A stretch of DNA of 38,340 bases from Armatimonadota bacterium. GTDB taxonomy: Bacteria > Armatimonadota > Hebobacteria > CAIYQO01. The number at the start of each line of letters is the position of its first letter. Positions within the stretch are counted from its first letter, which is position 1. Made by a program: the position numbers and the translations under genes. Positions 1 to 7,722 of this stretch are shown here, one piece after another. The stretch covers positions 1 through 38,340 of the forward strand of contig JBBQQW010000002.1 in NCBI GenBank assembly GCA_038215455.1, written 5' to 3'. The notes under the pieces were generated by a model. It had not been told where the DNA came from, did no database searches, and worked only from the letters and a program-made list of their open reading frames with translations.

Positions 1-298
1 GGAGGATGCGCGCGCAGGTGCCGTGGAAGGTGCCCGTCCACATGTAGCCCGCCTGCCGTCCCACCAGCCGGGAGATGCGCGACTGCATCTCCTTCGCTGC
101 TTTATTGGTGAAGGTGACCGCCAGAATCTGCTCCGCCCCCATCCCATGCTCGCGCATCAGGTAGGCGATACGGTGGGTGAGCACACGCGTCTTGCCGCTC
201 CCCGCCCCGGCGAAGATGAGCAACGGCCCCTCGCCCCAGGTCACCGCCTCATGTTGCCGTTCATTCAACCCGCCCAGAATATCTTCATTGTCGCTCAT
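1..298 (-). CDS. UvrD/PcrA/Rep-family ATP-dependent DNA helicase, first ~99 codons only (gene runs off the left edge)
   Basis: My own reverse-strand translation from the ATG at 298-296 gives [71 protein letters not shown]... This contains the Walker A (AGAGSGKT) and motif Ia (TFTNKAA) of SF1 UvrD-like helicases. It is absent from the ORF track because it is truncated by the window edge. Confidence 0.85.
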   Translation of the reverse strand, partial: MSDNEDILGGLNERQHEAVTWGEGPLLIFAGAGSGKTRVLTHRIAYLMREHGMGAEQILAVTFTNKAAKEMQSRISRLVGRQAGYMWTGTFHGTCARIL

Positions 299-352
299 AC
301 AGTATATTGTAGCAGATTCAGCGGTGGCGTGGCATAGGCGGGACGGGCAAGG

Positions 353-532
353 CAGGAGTCTCGTTTTTAGCGACAAACTGTCCTTACATGCCTGGCCGTG
401 AACGACCAGGCTGGAAGGCCTACGGCCAATCGCCCATTCAGGCGGGACGGGTAAGGGTAAGCGTTCCCGTCCGAAGGACGATCGGCGTAGCCCGCTAGCC
501 CAGTCGTTCACGGCTGGGCGAACAGGACGGGG
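353..532. repeat. Family A long-hairpin repeat, copy lacking the right terminal inverted repeat
   Basis: Roughly 90% identical by eye to 29548-29728 (caggagt.tcgtttttagcgacaaactgtcctta...cagtcgttcacggctgggcgaacaggacgg). It ends at ~532, before the cgctaaaaacgatactcctgg terminus seen in the full copy. Confidence 0.8.
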
Positions 533-564
533 TATTAATTCAACACCTTTTGCGTCTATTCGAC

Positions 565-595
565 CCGTATGGGCGCAAGGCTTGCGCCCATACGG
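565..595 (-). terminator. Perfect 15-bp-arm palindrome directly downstream of the beta-propeller gene (terminator-like or REP-like hairpin)
   Basis: ccgtatgggcgcaag-g-cttgcgcccatacgg begins 14 nt after the stop at 609-611. No clear U-tract follows, so intrinsic-terminator function is uncertain. The atgggcg...cgcccat core resembles the family D hairpins. Confidence 0.4.
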
Positions 596-608
596 AAATG
601 CAAATACC

Positions 609-2735
609 TTATTTCCCCACTGCCTCCGTCCCGCGTGATGCCGGGTTCCAGTCGTAGGGGACGCTGGGATCGCCGATGCTGTAGAGGTGCGACATGGAGC
701 GCAGGAAGATGCGGTTGCCACTGGCGGTGGGGCTGGCGAAGCTGAAGATATCCGGTATGCCCGGTTTGTTGTCGTAATGCCCAAAATGCTCCTTGCCCTT
801 CTCTACCCACTCCGGGATGTAGGTATTGAACCAGTTCACCTGTGGGATGCCGGTGGCAGGATTGAGATAATTGGGGGCGGACACCAATACTGGTGCCTTC
901 TCGCCATCAATGCGGTAGACGGAGAAGGGGCGTGGGCCGCGGGCGATGCTATCGCCACGGTAGGAGGTACCTGTCTGGAAGACGGCCAGATCACCGGCGA
1001 TGATGCCATTGCACCAGCCGAAGTCGCACGGTTTCGGCACCACTTCGCTCTTCGCCACTTCTTTCGCCTGCTCCACATCCCATACCTTGAGCGTGTTGCC
1101 GTAGCCGATGCCGTAGCCGTGAGAGGTCACCCCGGCGTCATAGATACGTCCTTGATAGAATAGTGGCGTGCGCCCGGCAGCATCGAGGCCAGCGATATAC
1201 TTGGGCGCGGAGAGGGAGAAGACTCCATCCTTCCAGCTGAGGGTGACGGCGGCGACGTCGTCTACCGCACTCATTCCGCCGGTGGTTTTGGGCTGCACCA
1301 GCACGGTATCCCCTGCGCCCACAATACTCATGCTCCCTGCCTCCCAGGCCATGCTGTATTTCATATTGGCGAGCACTTTGCCAGTGGCTGCATCGAGGAA
1401 GAATCCGTAGGTGGTGACCACGACATCCAGCGCTTTGTCGCCATCGGTGAGGTGTACCACCGCATAGGTGCCCGGCCCCTGCGCGTGTACCGGCAGCTTC
1501 TGCTCCCAGATAGTCTCACCGGTGGCTGCTTTCAGCCCGCGCGCCATATTATTGTGTACAGCAATGAGCACGCCATTTGCCAGCAGCGGCGATGGACAAT
1601 GCGTCGTATTCAGATCACTGACGCTGCAGGGGAACCAGCGCCCCCACACCTGCTTGCCATCCAGCGTATAGCAGACAGCTTGCCCTTGCCCCATGGTCAC
1701 ATAGATGAACTGGCCATCACTGACAGGTGTGGGGTAGGTGAAGCCGGTGTAATTCTCCCAGAGGAAGTGGGTAGCGATCTTGTACTTGGCGCTTATCGCA
1801 TCATCGAAACGTTTGGCTGGTTTTGCCGATTTCGTGATCTCCTCAATAGCTGTGCGCAGACTGGGGATTAGCTCTGCATCGAGTTGTTCCAGTATTGGCT
1901 CCCAGTTTTTCATGGTCTTCACTGCGAACTGCGTCTCGGGGGCGTCTGCATTTCCTTTTTTGGCATAGGTGTATAGCGCGGAGTAGGCGCGCGCCATCTT
2001 CAGCAGCTCCGCTTTATCCGCAGCTTCTTTAGCAGGTAATCCCTGCAGTTCAAAGGGGTTGATCTCTACCTGCCAGCTGATCTCTCCGGTGTTGGCGTCC
2101 ACGCAGACGAGGTAGTTGGGGTCACACGTGATGAAAACGCGGTCACCGACTACCAGCGGTGAGGAGTTTGACCATCCGGGGAGCTGCGCCTTCCAGGCGA
2201 TATTCTTCGTGGTGTTATTCTTAAAAGTATAACCTCGGTTGCCCTTGGCAATACCGGTTTCGCCCTCTGACCATTCCTGGGCAGGCGTTGCCCCGGGGAA
2301 GGCACCGGTGCCATCGCCCCAGTAGCGAATAGGATGCGCCGGCGTCGGGTAGAAATCGCGGCTGCCCATGAGGGCGTCCTTGCTGCGTAGTGTGCCGGTG
2401 AGCAAGCCATTCATATCCGCTCTATCCTTGTTGACGTAGGTTCCGCTGACGGTGGCATCATCGATAGTGGCGGCCAGGGTGTAGACGACCTCGCCCACCT
2501 TCACCGTGCCCGCGATTTTTGTGTCTTTGAGATTGATCGTGGCGACATCGATTTTCTCACTGCCGATGAAGCCCAACGTGGGATTACCCGCGCTGGTGGC
2601 CAGCTCCACGACGACAGGCGGGCCACCCGGTTGCGCGGCAAGGGTGAGGGTGAGCAGGGCGTTGGCCGGATCTATTGCCGCGCCAGCGAAGAGGGTGATC
2701 CCTAGTATGAGTGCGACTAGCGCGAAGTAGCGCAT
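609..2735 (-). CDS. Secreted PQQ-like (BamB/YVTN-type) beta-propeller repeat protein
   Basis: 708-aa ORF with an AGGAGG SD 6 nt upstream and a signal-peptide-like N-terminus ([20 protein letters not shown]). Recurrent propeller-blade motifs: [57 protein letters not shown]. Confidence 0.75.
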   Translation of the reverse strand: MRYFALVALILGITLFAGAAIDPANALLTLTLAAQPGGPPVVVELATSAGNPTLGFIGSEKIDVATINLKDTKIAGTVKVGEVVYTLAATIDDATVSGTYVNKDRADMNGLLTGTLRSKDALMGSRDFYPTPAHPIRYWGDGTGAFPGATPAQEWSEGETGIAKGNRGYTFKNNTTKNIAWKAQLPGWSNSSPLVVGDRVFITCDPNYLVCVDANTGEISWQVEINPFELQGLPAKEAADKAELLKMARAYSALYTYAKKGNADAPETQFAVKTMKNWEPILEQLDAELIPSLRTAIEEITKSAKPAKRFDDAISAKYKIATHFLWENYTGFTYPTPVSDGQFIYVTMGQGQAVCYTLDGKQVWGRWFPCSVSDLNTTHCPSPLLANGVLIAVHNNMARGLKAATGETIWEQKLPVHAQGPGTYAVVHLTDGDKALDVVVTTYGFFLDAATGKVLANMKYSMAWEAGSMSIVGAGDTVLVQPKTTGGMSAVDDVAAVTLSWKDGVFSLSAPKYIAGLDAAGRTPLFYQGRIYDAGVTSHGYGIGYGNTLKVWDVEQAKEVAKSEVVPKPCDFGWCNGIIAGDLAVFQTGTSYRGDSIARGPRPFSVYRIDGEKAPVLVSAPNYLNPATGIPQVNWFNTYIPEWVEKGKEHFGHYDNKPGIPDIFSFASPTASGNRIFLRSMSHLYSIGDPSVPYDWNPASRGTEAVGK

Positions 2736-2759
2736 GATAGTTCCTCCTAGTGGAAACAG

Positions 2760-2966
2760 TTATAAGGCCATAGCCTCGTCTTTCAGGGTGGGAAGTTCGG
2801 ACGGAATGGCGATCTGCCGCTGGTTGTTCGTACACTGCGTCTGTCGTGCCTTTTCGCGTGCTTTGGAGAAAACAGGGAAGAGAATTGCCGCCAGAATCGC
2901 GATTATCGCGATAACGACTAACAATTCGATGAGCGTGAACCCTCGGCGGGTAAGTTTACGGGACAT
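2760..2966 (-). CDS. Prepilin-type N-terminal cleavage/methylation domain mini-protein (68 aa)
   Basis: [52 protein letters not shown]... is the class III signal/pseudopilin helix. I chose the ATG at 2966-2964 because AAGGAGG lies 5 nt upstream; the ORF-track start at 2999 has no SD. The stop lies 24 nt before the beta-propeller start, so the two genes are probably one operon. Confidence 0.8.
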   Translation of the reverse strand: MSRKLTRRGFTLIELLVVIAIIAILAAILFPVFSKAREKARQTQCTNNQRQIAIPSELPTLKDEAMAL

Positions 2967-3135
2967 ATGAACCTCCTTACGATAAAAGAATTGCAGCAAA
3001 TCTGCATGGGATAATATTCACCCAAATTGAGTTTAACACCCATATGAGCATTTCTCAATAGAGGATAGAATGGAAACGCGAAATATTGTATAATGAAAGC
3101 GAAAATGTTATCATTTTTTCAGGTTGTGGTAGTTC

Positions 3136-4284
3136 ATGAACAGACCATTTCGCATATATATCGGTATTCTCGAGTCATTCGGGTATTCGCGCCAGGTGCT
3201 GCGCGGTATCCAGCGCTATTCTATGAGTAAGCCGCACCAGTGGTGGTTCGCGCGCGGGGACATCAATTTTGGAGAGCTGGCAGCTATCGAATCCTGGGCA
3301 CCGGACGGCATGATCTTGCAGCTTTCGGATATCGCGCTGGAGCAGCCGCTACTCGCCACCGGGATACCCTGCGTCAATGTATCTACCCGGCATACTGGTT
3401 ACCGAATACCGACGATTGGTCCGGATAACTACGCCGCCGGTGCCATGGGAGCAGCGCATCTTTTTGAATGCGGATTGCGGCACCTGGCTTTCTGGCCGCA
3501 ATTCAATGGGGCCACCGCCAGCTACCGTATCGAACGGAAACGTGGTCTGATGGAAACCGCCGCACGCCTGGGGGTCACTTTCCACGATACGCCGGCACCG
3601 GCAAGAACGGTGCGGGAGCAGGAAGCCCGGCTATTCAGATGGTTACGCGGCTTGCCGAAGCCAGTGGGCTTTATGACCTCGGGAGACAGTACTGCAGTAG
3701 AGCTAATTGAAGCATGCCGTATCGCCGGTATTCTGGTGCCAGAGGAGATAGCGGTGTTGGGCATAGGGGATGAAACATTCGATTGCGAGCTAGCGCCTAT
3801 GCCGCTCTCCAGCGTCACTCTCCCCGGCGAACGCGTGGGCTATGAGGCGCTGGTACTGCTGGAGCAACTCCTCTCCGGTGCCCCCGCACCGGCCGATATG
3901 ATGCTGCTCCCTCCGCTCGGAGTCACCATGCGTACCTCGACACGCCCGAACGTGCTGGATGACCCCTACGTGGAGACCGTGCTACGCTATATCTATAATA
4001 ATGCGTCGTCAAAATTGACTATCGCCACGGTGGCAGCGCTGGTCCCGCTCTCGCGCCGCTCGCTGGAGTTGCGCTTTCGCCAGCAGCGCGGACACACCAT
4101 GCGCGAGGAAATACACCTCGCCTGCGTGATGCGCTCCAAGGTAATGCTCTTGGAAACCGACCTGACGGTGGAGGCCATCGCCGCCGCTACCGGCTTCGCC
4201 GATTCCTCGCACCTGGTACGTATCTTCCATAAGATCATCGGCATCACCCCGCAATCCTTCCGCCGGCAGGCGCGCGGGGGATAA
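3136..4284 (+). CDS. XylR-type transcriptional regulator (periplasmic-binding-protein-like sensor + AraC-family HTH)
   Basis: 382 aa. The N-terminal part is LacI/PBP-like (LAFWPQF..., GFMTSGDSTAVELIEACRIAGILVPEEIAVLGIGD). The C-terminal AraC HTH reads TIATVAALVPLSRRSLELRFRQ...VEAIAAATGFADSSHLVRIFHKIIGITPQSFRR. It is divergent from the pilin-like/propeller operon. Confidence 0.85.
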   Translation: MNRPFRIYIGILESFGYSRQVLRGIQRYSMSKPHQWWFARGDINFGELAAIESWAPDGMILQLSDIALEQPLLATGIPCVNVSTRHTGYRIPTIGPDNYAAGAMGAAHLFECGLRHLAFWPQFNGATASYRIERKRGLMETAARLGVTFHDTPAPARTVREQEARLFRWLRGLPKPVGFMTSGDSTAVELIEACRIAGILVPEEIAVLGIGDETFDCELAPMPLSSVTLPGERVGYEALVLLEQLLSGAPAPADMMLLPPLGVTMRTSTRPNVLDDPYVETVLRYIYNNASSKLTIATVAALVPLSRRSLELRFRQQRGHTMREEIHLACVMRSKVMLLETDLTVEAIAAATGFADSSHLVRIFHKIIGITPQSFRRQARGG

Positions 4285-4335
4285 TGTCGTCTCCGCCTCC
4301 TCGTCAATACCCCGTGCGCGTGTTATTATAATGAT

Positions 4336-5613
4336 ATGGCTGGATATGATGTAGCACAAGCGTCGGCACGACAACTGGTAGTGGTGGCGGCGCTGGAGAA
4401 GAATGACCTGGAGTGGCGCACCTCGCTGGACGAGCTGGAACGGCTGGCGGATACTGCACACGGACAGGTAGTGGCGGTGGTGACACAGAAGCGTGAGATG
4501 CCGGACCCCAAAACCTTCCTCGGCAAGGGGAAAGTGGAGGAGGTGAAGGAGATCATGGAGCGGGGTGACGCCAGCCTGCTCATCATCGACGGGGAGATAT
4601 CGCCCTCGCAACAGCGCAACCTGGAGAAGGTGCTGGAACTGCAGGTGATCGACCGCACCGGGCTGATCCTGGACATCTTCGCCCGCCGGGCGCAGACCTC
4701 CGAGGGGCAGCTGCAGGTGGAGCTAGCACAATTGAAGTACCTGCTGCCGCGCCTGACAAACCTGTGGACACACCTTGATACCTCGCAGGGTGGTATTGGC
4801 TCGCGTGGGCCAGGGGAATCGCAGATCGAGACCGACCGCCGTCTGGTGCGCAACCGTATCGATATGCTGGGGGAGAAAGTCGAAGAGATTCGCCGGCGAC
4901 GGCGCATCCAGCGCAGCCAGCGCAAGCAGGCGCAGATACCGCTGGTGAGCCTGGTGGGCTACACCAACAGCGGCAAGTCGACGCTGCTCAACGTGCTCTC
5001 CGGCGCGGGGGTGTTTGTGGAGGATAAGCTCTTCGCCACCCTTGACCCCACCACGCGCGACGTGACCATGCCCAACGGCACGCGCGTGCTGCTCAGCGAC
5101 ACGGTGGGCTTCATCCGCAACCTCCCGACGCAGCTGGTAGCGGCCTTCCGCGCCACGCTGGAGGAGGTGAGCAGCGCCGAGATCCTCGTCCACGTGGTGG
5201 ACGCCTCCTTTGATGGCTGGATGGAACAGGTGGAGACAGTGGAGCGCGTGCTCACCGAGCTGGAAGTGGGCACGAAACCGGTGGTGATGGCCTTCAACAA
5301 AATGGATGCCGTGGATGATGTGCAGCTGTTGCATACGCTGGCGGCACGCTTCCCCAACGTGGTCTTCCTCTCCGCGCACAAAGGCACCGGGCTGGCGGAG
5401 CTGGAGGCGGAGATCGTGCGCGTGATTCGCAGTGGCTGGGAGACGCTGACAGTCACCCTGCCGCACAGCGCCGCCGGGCTGGTAGCCGAGGCGCACGCCC
5501 GCGGCGAAGTGCTGACGGAAGAATACGAAGGTATGACGGTGCAGCTCCACGCCCGCGTCCCCGCCGACCTGGCCGCACGGCTGCATATGCGGGCGGGGAA
5601 ACCATTGTCTTAG
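4336..5613 (+). CDS. hflX: GTPase HflX
   Basis: 425 aa. HflX N-domain (QLQVELAQLKYLLPRL, GPGESQIETDRR); G1 GYTNSGKSTLLN; G3 DTVGFIRNLPTQLVAAFRATLEEV; G4 FNKMD. Confidence 0.95.
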   Translation: MAGYDVAQASARQLVVVAALEKNDLEWRTSLDELERLADTAHGQVVAVVTQKREMPDPKTFLGKGKVEEVKEIMERGDASLLIIDGEISPSQQRNLEKVLELQVIDRTGLILDIFARRAQTSEGQLQVELAQLKYLLPRLTNLWTHLDTSQGGIGSRGPGESQIETDRRLVRNRIDMLGEKVEEIRRRRRIQRSQRKQAQIPLVSLVGYTNSGKSTLLNVLSGAGVFVEDKLFATLDPTTRDVTMPNGTRVLLSDTVGFIRNLPTQLVAAFRATLEEVSSAEILVHVVDASFDGWMEQVETVERVLTELEVGTKPVVMAFNKMDAVDDVQLLHTLAARFPNVVFLSAHKGTGLAELEAEIVRVIRSGWETLTVTLPHSAAGLVAEAHARGEVLTEEYEGMTVQLHARVPADLAARLHMRAGKPLS

Positions 5614-5758
5614 AACCATGATTCGCCTGATTAGAGGATTAGCCGGTGGATAATGCCTCTATTGTTGGATAGCGATTTTTGTTCAACGGAAGCGGCTATC
5701 CAACCGTGTAGACAAACAGCGCAGAAATAATCCTCTAATCATGCGAATCAAGGTTCCG
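5611..5758. repeat. ~148-bp stem-loop element with ~30-bp terminal inverted repeats, starting on the hflX stop codon
   Basis: tagaaccatgattcgcctgattagaggatt (5611-5640) pairs with aatcctctaatcatgcgaatcaaggttc (5728-5755) with about 2 mismatches. There is an inner 9-bp stem, ttggatagc...gctatccaa. No second copy was seen in this window. Confidence 0.6.
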
Positions 5759-5783
5759 ACAAAAAACCGATAATCTTCTCCCT

Positions 5784-5930
5784 ACGAAAGCAGTTCCTAG
5801 TTTCAAGGCAGGTTTAGCGTGTTATAGTGCCCGCCAGCCTATCGCCCAGCCCTGAAGGGCTGGGCTAAGGGGGTTCTGCGACATCTAATTATCATCCACA
5901 AATAATAAAGCGCACTTTATTGCTGATTCC
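5784..5930 (-). repeat. Family C composite intergenic repeat (minus orientation)
   Basis: The reverse complement aligns over ~145 nt at roughly 80% identity with 19778-19918. Shared blocks: ggaatcag..aagtgcgctt.attatttgtggatga, gggctgggcgataggctggcggg, acacgctaaacc.gccttg.aact.ggaact. Confidence 0.75.
5898..5921 (-). terminator. AU-rich hairpin + U-rich tail directly after the PD40 gene stop (part of family C)
   Basis: Minus-strand sense reads AAUAAAG-UGCG-CUUUAUU followed by AUUUGU, ~10 nt downstream of the stop at 5931-5933. The same hairpin, with a compensatory base-pair change, occurs at 19787-19810. Confidence 0.5.
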
Positions 5931-6179
5931 CTACTTCCCCTCCGGTACCCAGGTTATTTTGTTGATAGGAATCCCTTCTAAATCCATGATGACCTTTGTA
6001 TCCTTCTCGGCAATGGTTGTGGTGAGCAGTTTGCCACCTTTCGTATACCAGATGCTCTTCTCGTCGGGTGCCCACCGGCAGTAAATTCCATCTAAGTTAT
6101 CTATGGAGAATAGGGTATTGCCGTTGATGGCTATTACAGCTAAATTATATGGTGTTTTTTCTCCAGTGTATGTCCCCAC
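5931..6179 (-). CDS. PD40/TolB-like beta-propeller fragment, probably the 3' part of the upstream gene split by a frameshift
   Basis: 82 aa with a GTG start. It contains a PD40-type motif (YCRWAPDEKSIWYTKGGKLL). Its reading frame stays open upstream to ~6296 and overlaps the end of the 403-aa ORF. Confidence 0.55.
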   Translation of the reverse strand: MGTYTGEKTPYNLAVIAINGNTLFSIDNLDGIYCRWAPDEKSIWYTKGGKLLTTTIAEKDTKVIMDLEGIPINKITWVPEGK

Positions 6180-6220
6180 CGGTAGTAAAGGTGTAGTTGG
6201 TGTCGGGTTAAAGTACGTAG

Positions 6221-7432
6221 CTATGATAACTGTGTTATAACTTTTATTCCAGATGGAGTGGGGGAAAAATGGTCCGCAAAACTGTATACTACTGTCATTT
6301 TTTTAGTCTGTGGATTGAAGTACACCAGTTTTTTTTCAGTATCGGTTGCACCTTGTATTACAAACAGGGGCGGATTTGACGACTCTAAATTGATCAATTC
6401 TAACCTAGTCTCTCCGCTAAAAACTGTTGTCCCAGTAGCTACATCGATTATTGATATGGAATGGTCACCATTTGCATATGCCAATGTTTTCCCGTCGGGG
6501 TAGAATTGCATTATATCGTTCATCTGATATCCGAGATATTTTGTATTCGGGGGCGCAAGTTGCTTTTCGGTGCCGGTGGCTAGCTCGTGTAATAGCACCT
6601 CTCCATTTGCTTTAATGTAGGCCAGGTATTTGCCATCTGACGATATGGCATATTGAGAGATATCTGTAAGTCCATGAAGGATAGTGGCATTGCCATTTGC
6701 GACCAGATAGGTGGCCAACCGGCTCTGCTTTGTTAGCTCTTTGGGTTTTAGCGACCAGCCAGATTTATAGCTTTTCACCAGATAGTCACCAGAATCGCCT
6801 ACCCATCGTACCCCGTCTTCTAGTTTTGCCACATTTTCTATCAACGTCATCTTCCCGGTGGCTACCTCATATTCGACTAGTTGCTTATCAGTGGATGTAA
6901 CAATCTTTTTGCCATCGGGAGATAATGAGATGGTGGGGATAGAGTAATTAGGCATGGCTACGGGCATCAAAGTCGTCTGTTTCATATCGGCCATGTTGAT
7001 AGAGACCAGCATTGTAGTCATATGCTGCCCTGCATCTTTTGATGGGGCGATAGCATATATAGTTTTACTATCAGGTGCCCACAAGGCGAGGATATCAGAA
7101 TAATTGAACGATACACCAGCATCATACGATTCCTGCTTAGCCAAATCGTATAATTTCAGATTAGCATTACCTTTTCCATTCTGAACAGAAATTGCGATCC
7201 AATTCCCATCGGGTGACCATTTATATAATATACCGTTAGAGGTGCCATCAGCATCTTCACAGATCAATTTTTTCTCCAGGGTGGTGGTATTCAGCAGGAA
7301 AAGCTTATTCTGCCAAACGTCTCTGCTATTAACATGTCCATAATGCCGTTGCGACACCACCGCCAATTCGGGCGCGGCGTACAGGGCTTGCAGTGATGCC
7401 AGTAGCAGACCAATAGCGATTAGTAGTTTCAT
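6221..7432 (-). CDS. Secreted PD40/TolB-like beta-propeller repeat protein
   Basis: 403 aa with signal peptide MKLLIAIGLLLASLQALYA. Five PD40-type motifs: WSPDGNWIAISV, WAPDSKTIYAIA, LSPDGKKIVTST, ISSDGKYLAYIK, FYPDGKTLAYAN. GGAGG SD upstream. Markedly AT-rich relative to its neighbours. Confidence 0.8.
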   Translation of the reverse strand: MKLLIAIGLLLASLQALYAAPELAVVSQRHYGHVNSRDVWQNKLFLLNTTTLEKKLICEDADGTSNGILYKWSPDGNWIAISVQNGKGNANLKLYDLAKQESYDAGVSFNYSDILALWAPDSKTIYAIAPSKDAGQHMTTMLVSINMADMKQTTLMPVAMPNYSIPTISLSPDGKKIVTSTDKQLVEYEVATGKMTLIENVAKLEDGVRWVGDSGDYLVKSYKSGWSLKPKELTKQSRLATYLVANGNATILHGLTDISQYAISSDGKYLAYIKANGEVLLHELATGTEKQLAPPNTKYLGYQMNDIMQFYPDGKTLAYANGDHSISIIDVATGTTVFSGETRLELINLESSNPPLFVIQGATDTEKKLVYFNPQTKKMTVVYSFADHFSPTPSGIKVITQLS

Positions 7433-7507
7433 AGTGACCTCCTGTTAAAATAGTTCCTAGTTCCAAGGTTTGTGTTCGGAATACTAAATTTCGCAGAAAC
7501 TACGTTA

Positions 7508-7535
7508 ATTATACAGGTAAAATGGGTGGTGTCAA
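7508..7535 (-). promoter_or_regulatory. Consensus sigma70-type promoter for the PD40 gene
   Basis: The minus strand reads TTGACA-N16-TATAAT (both hexamers perfect), about 75 nt upstream of the ATG at 7432. Confidence 0.6.
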
Positions 7536-7722
7536 GGGGTGTATTTGCGACAACTGAAGGGTGGGTGTAGCGAGGGCGATTCATGCCCAGGGCATACATC
7601 TTGTTTTATTCCGGCACCGCCCGCAGTGGTTACTTTAGAGGGATGAATGAGTCTGTGTCGAATATTACCATAATGGGGTGGTGAAGGCTATAGGCGGGAC
7701 GCCCGAGCTACAGAATTAGCCA

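Noticed and set aside
4723-5619. 298-aa ORF antisense to hflX. The same applies to other long antisense or overlapping ORFs, for example 13810-14694, 26391-27512, 34713-35465, 35535-36173, 36968-37771, 18876-19481 and 4009-4611.
   Set aside because: They lie entirely inside well-supported genes on the opposite strand or in another frame. Their composition is Arg/Ala/Gly/His-rich and low-complexity, as is typical of high-GC shadow frames. They lack SDs and recognisable motifs.
5889-5900. DnaA-box-like 9-mers (TCATCCACA at ~5891 and its complement at ~19808; TTATCCACC-like at ~5645; TTATCCACG-like at ~10595) as evidence for oriC.
   Set aside because: Each has a mismatch, they are dispersed rather than clustered, and two are simply part of the family C repeat. 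No AT-rich unwinding element is adjacent.
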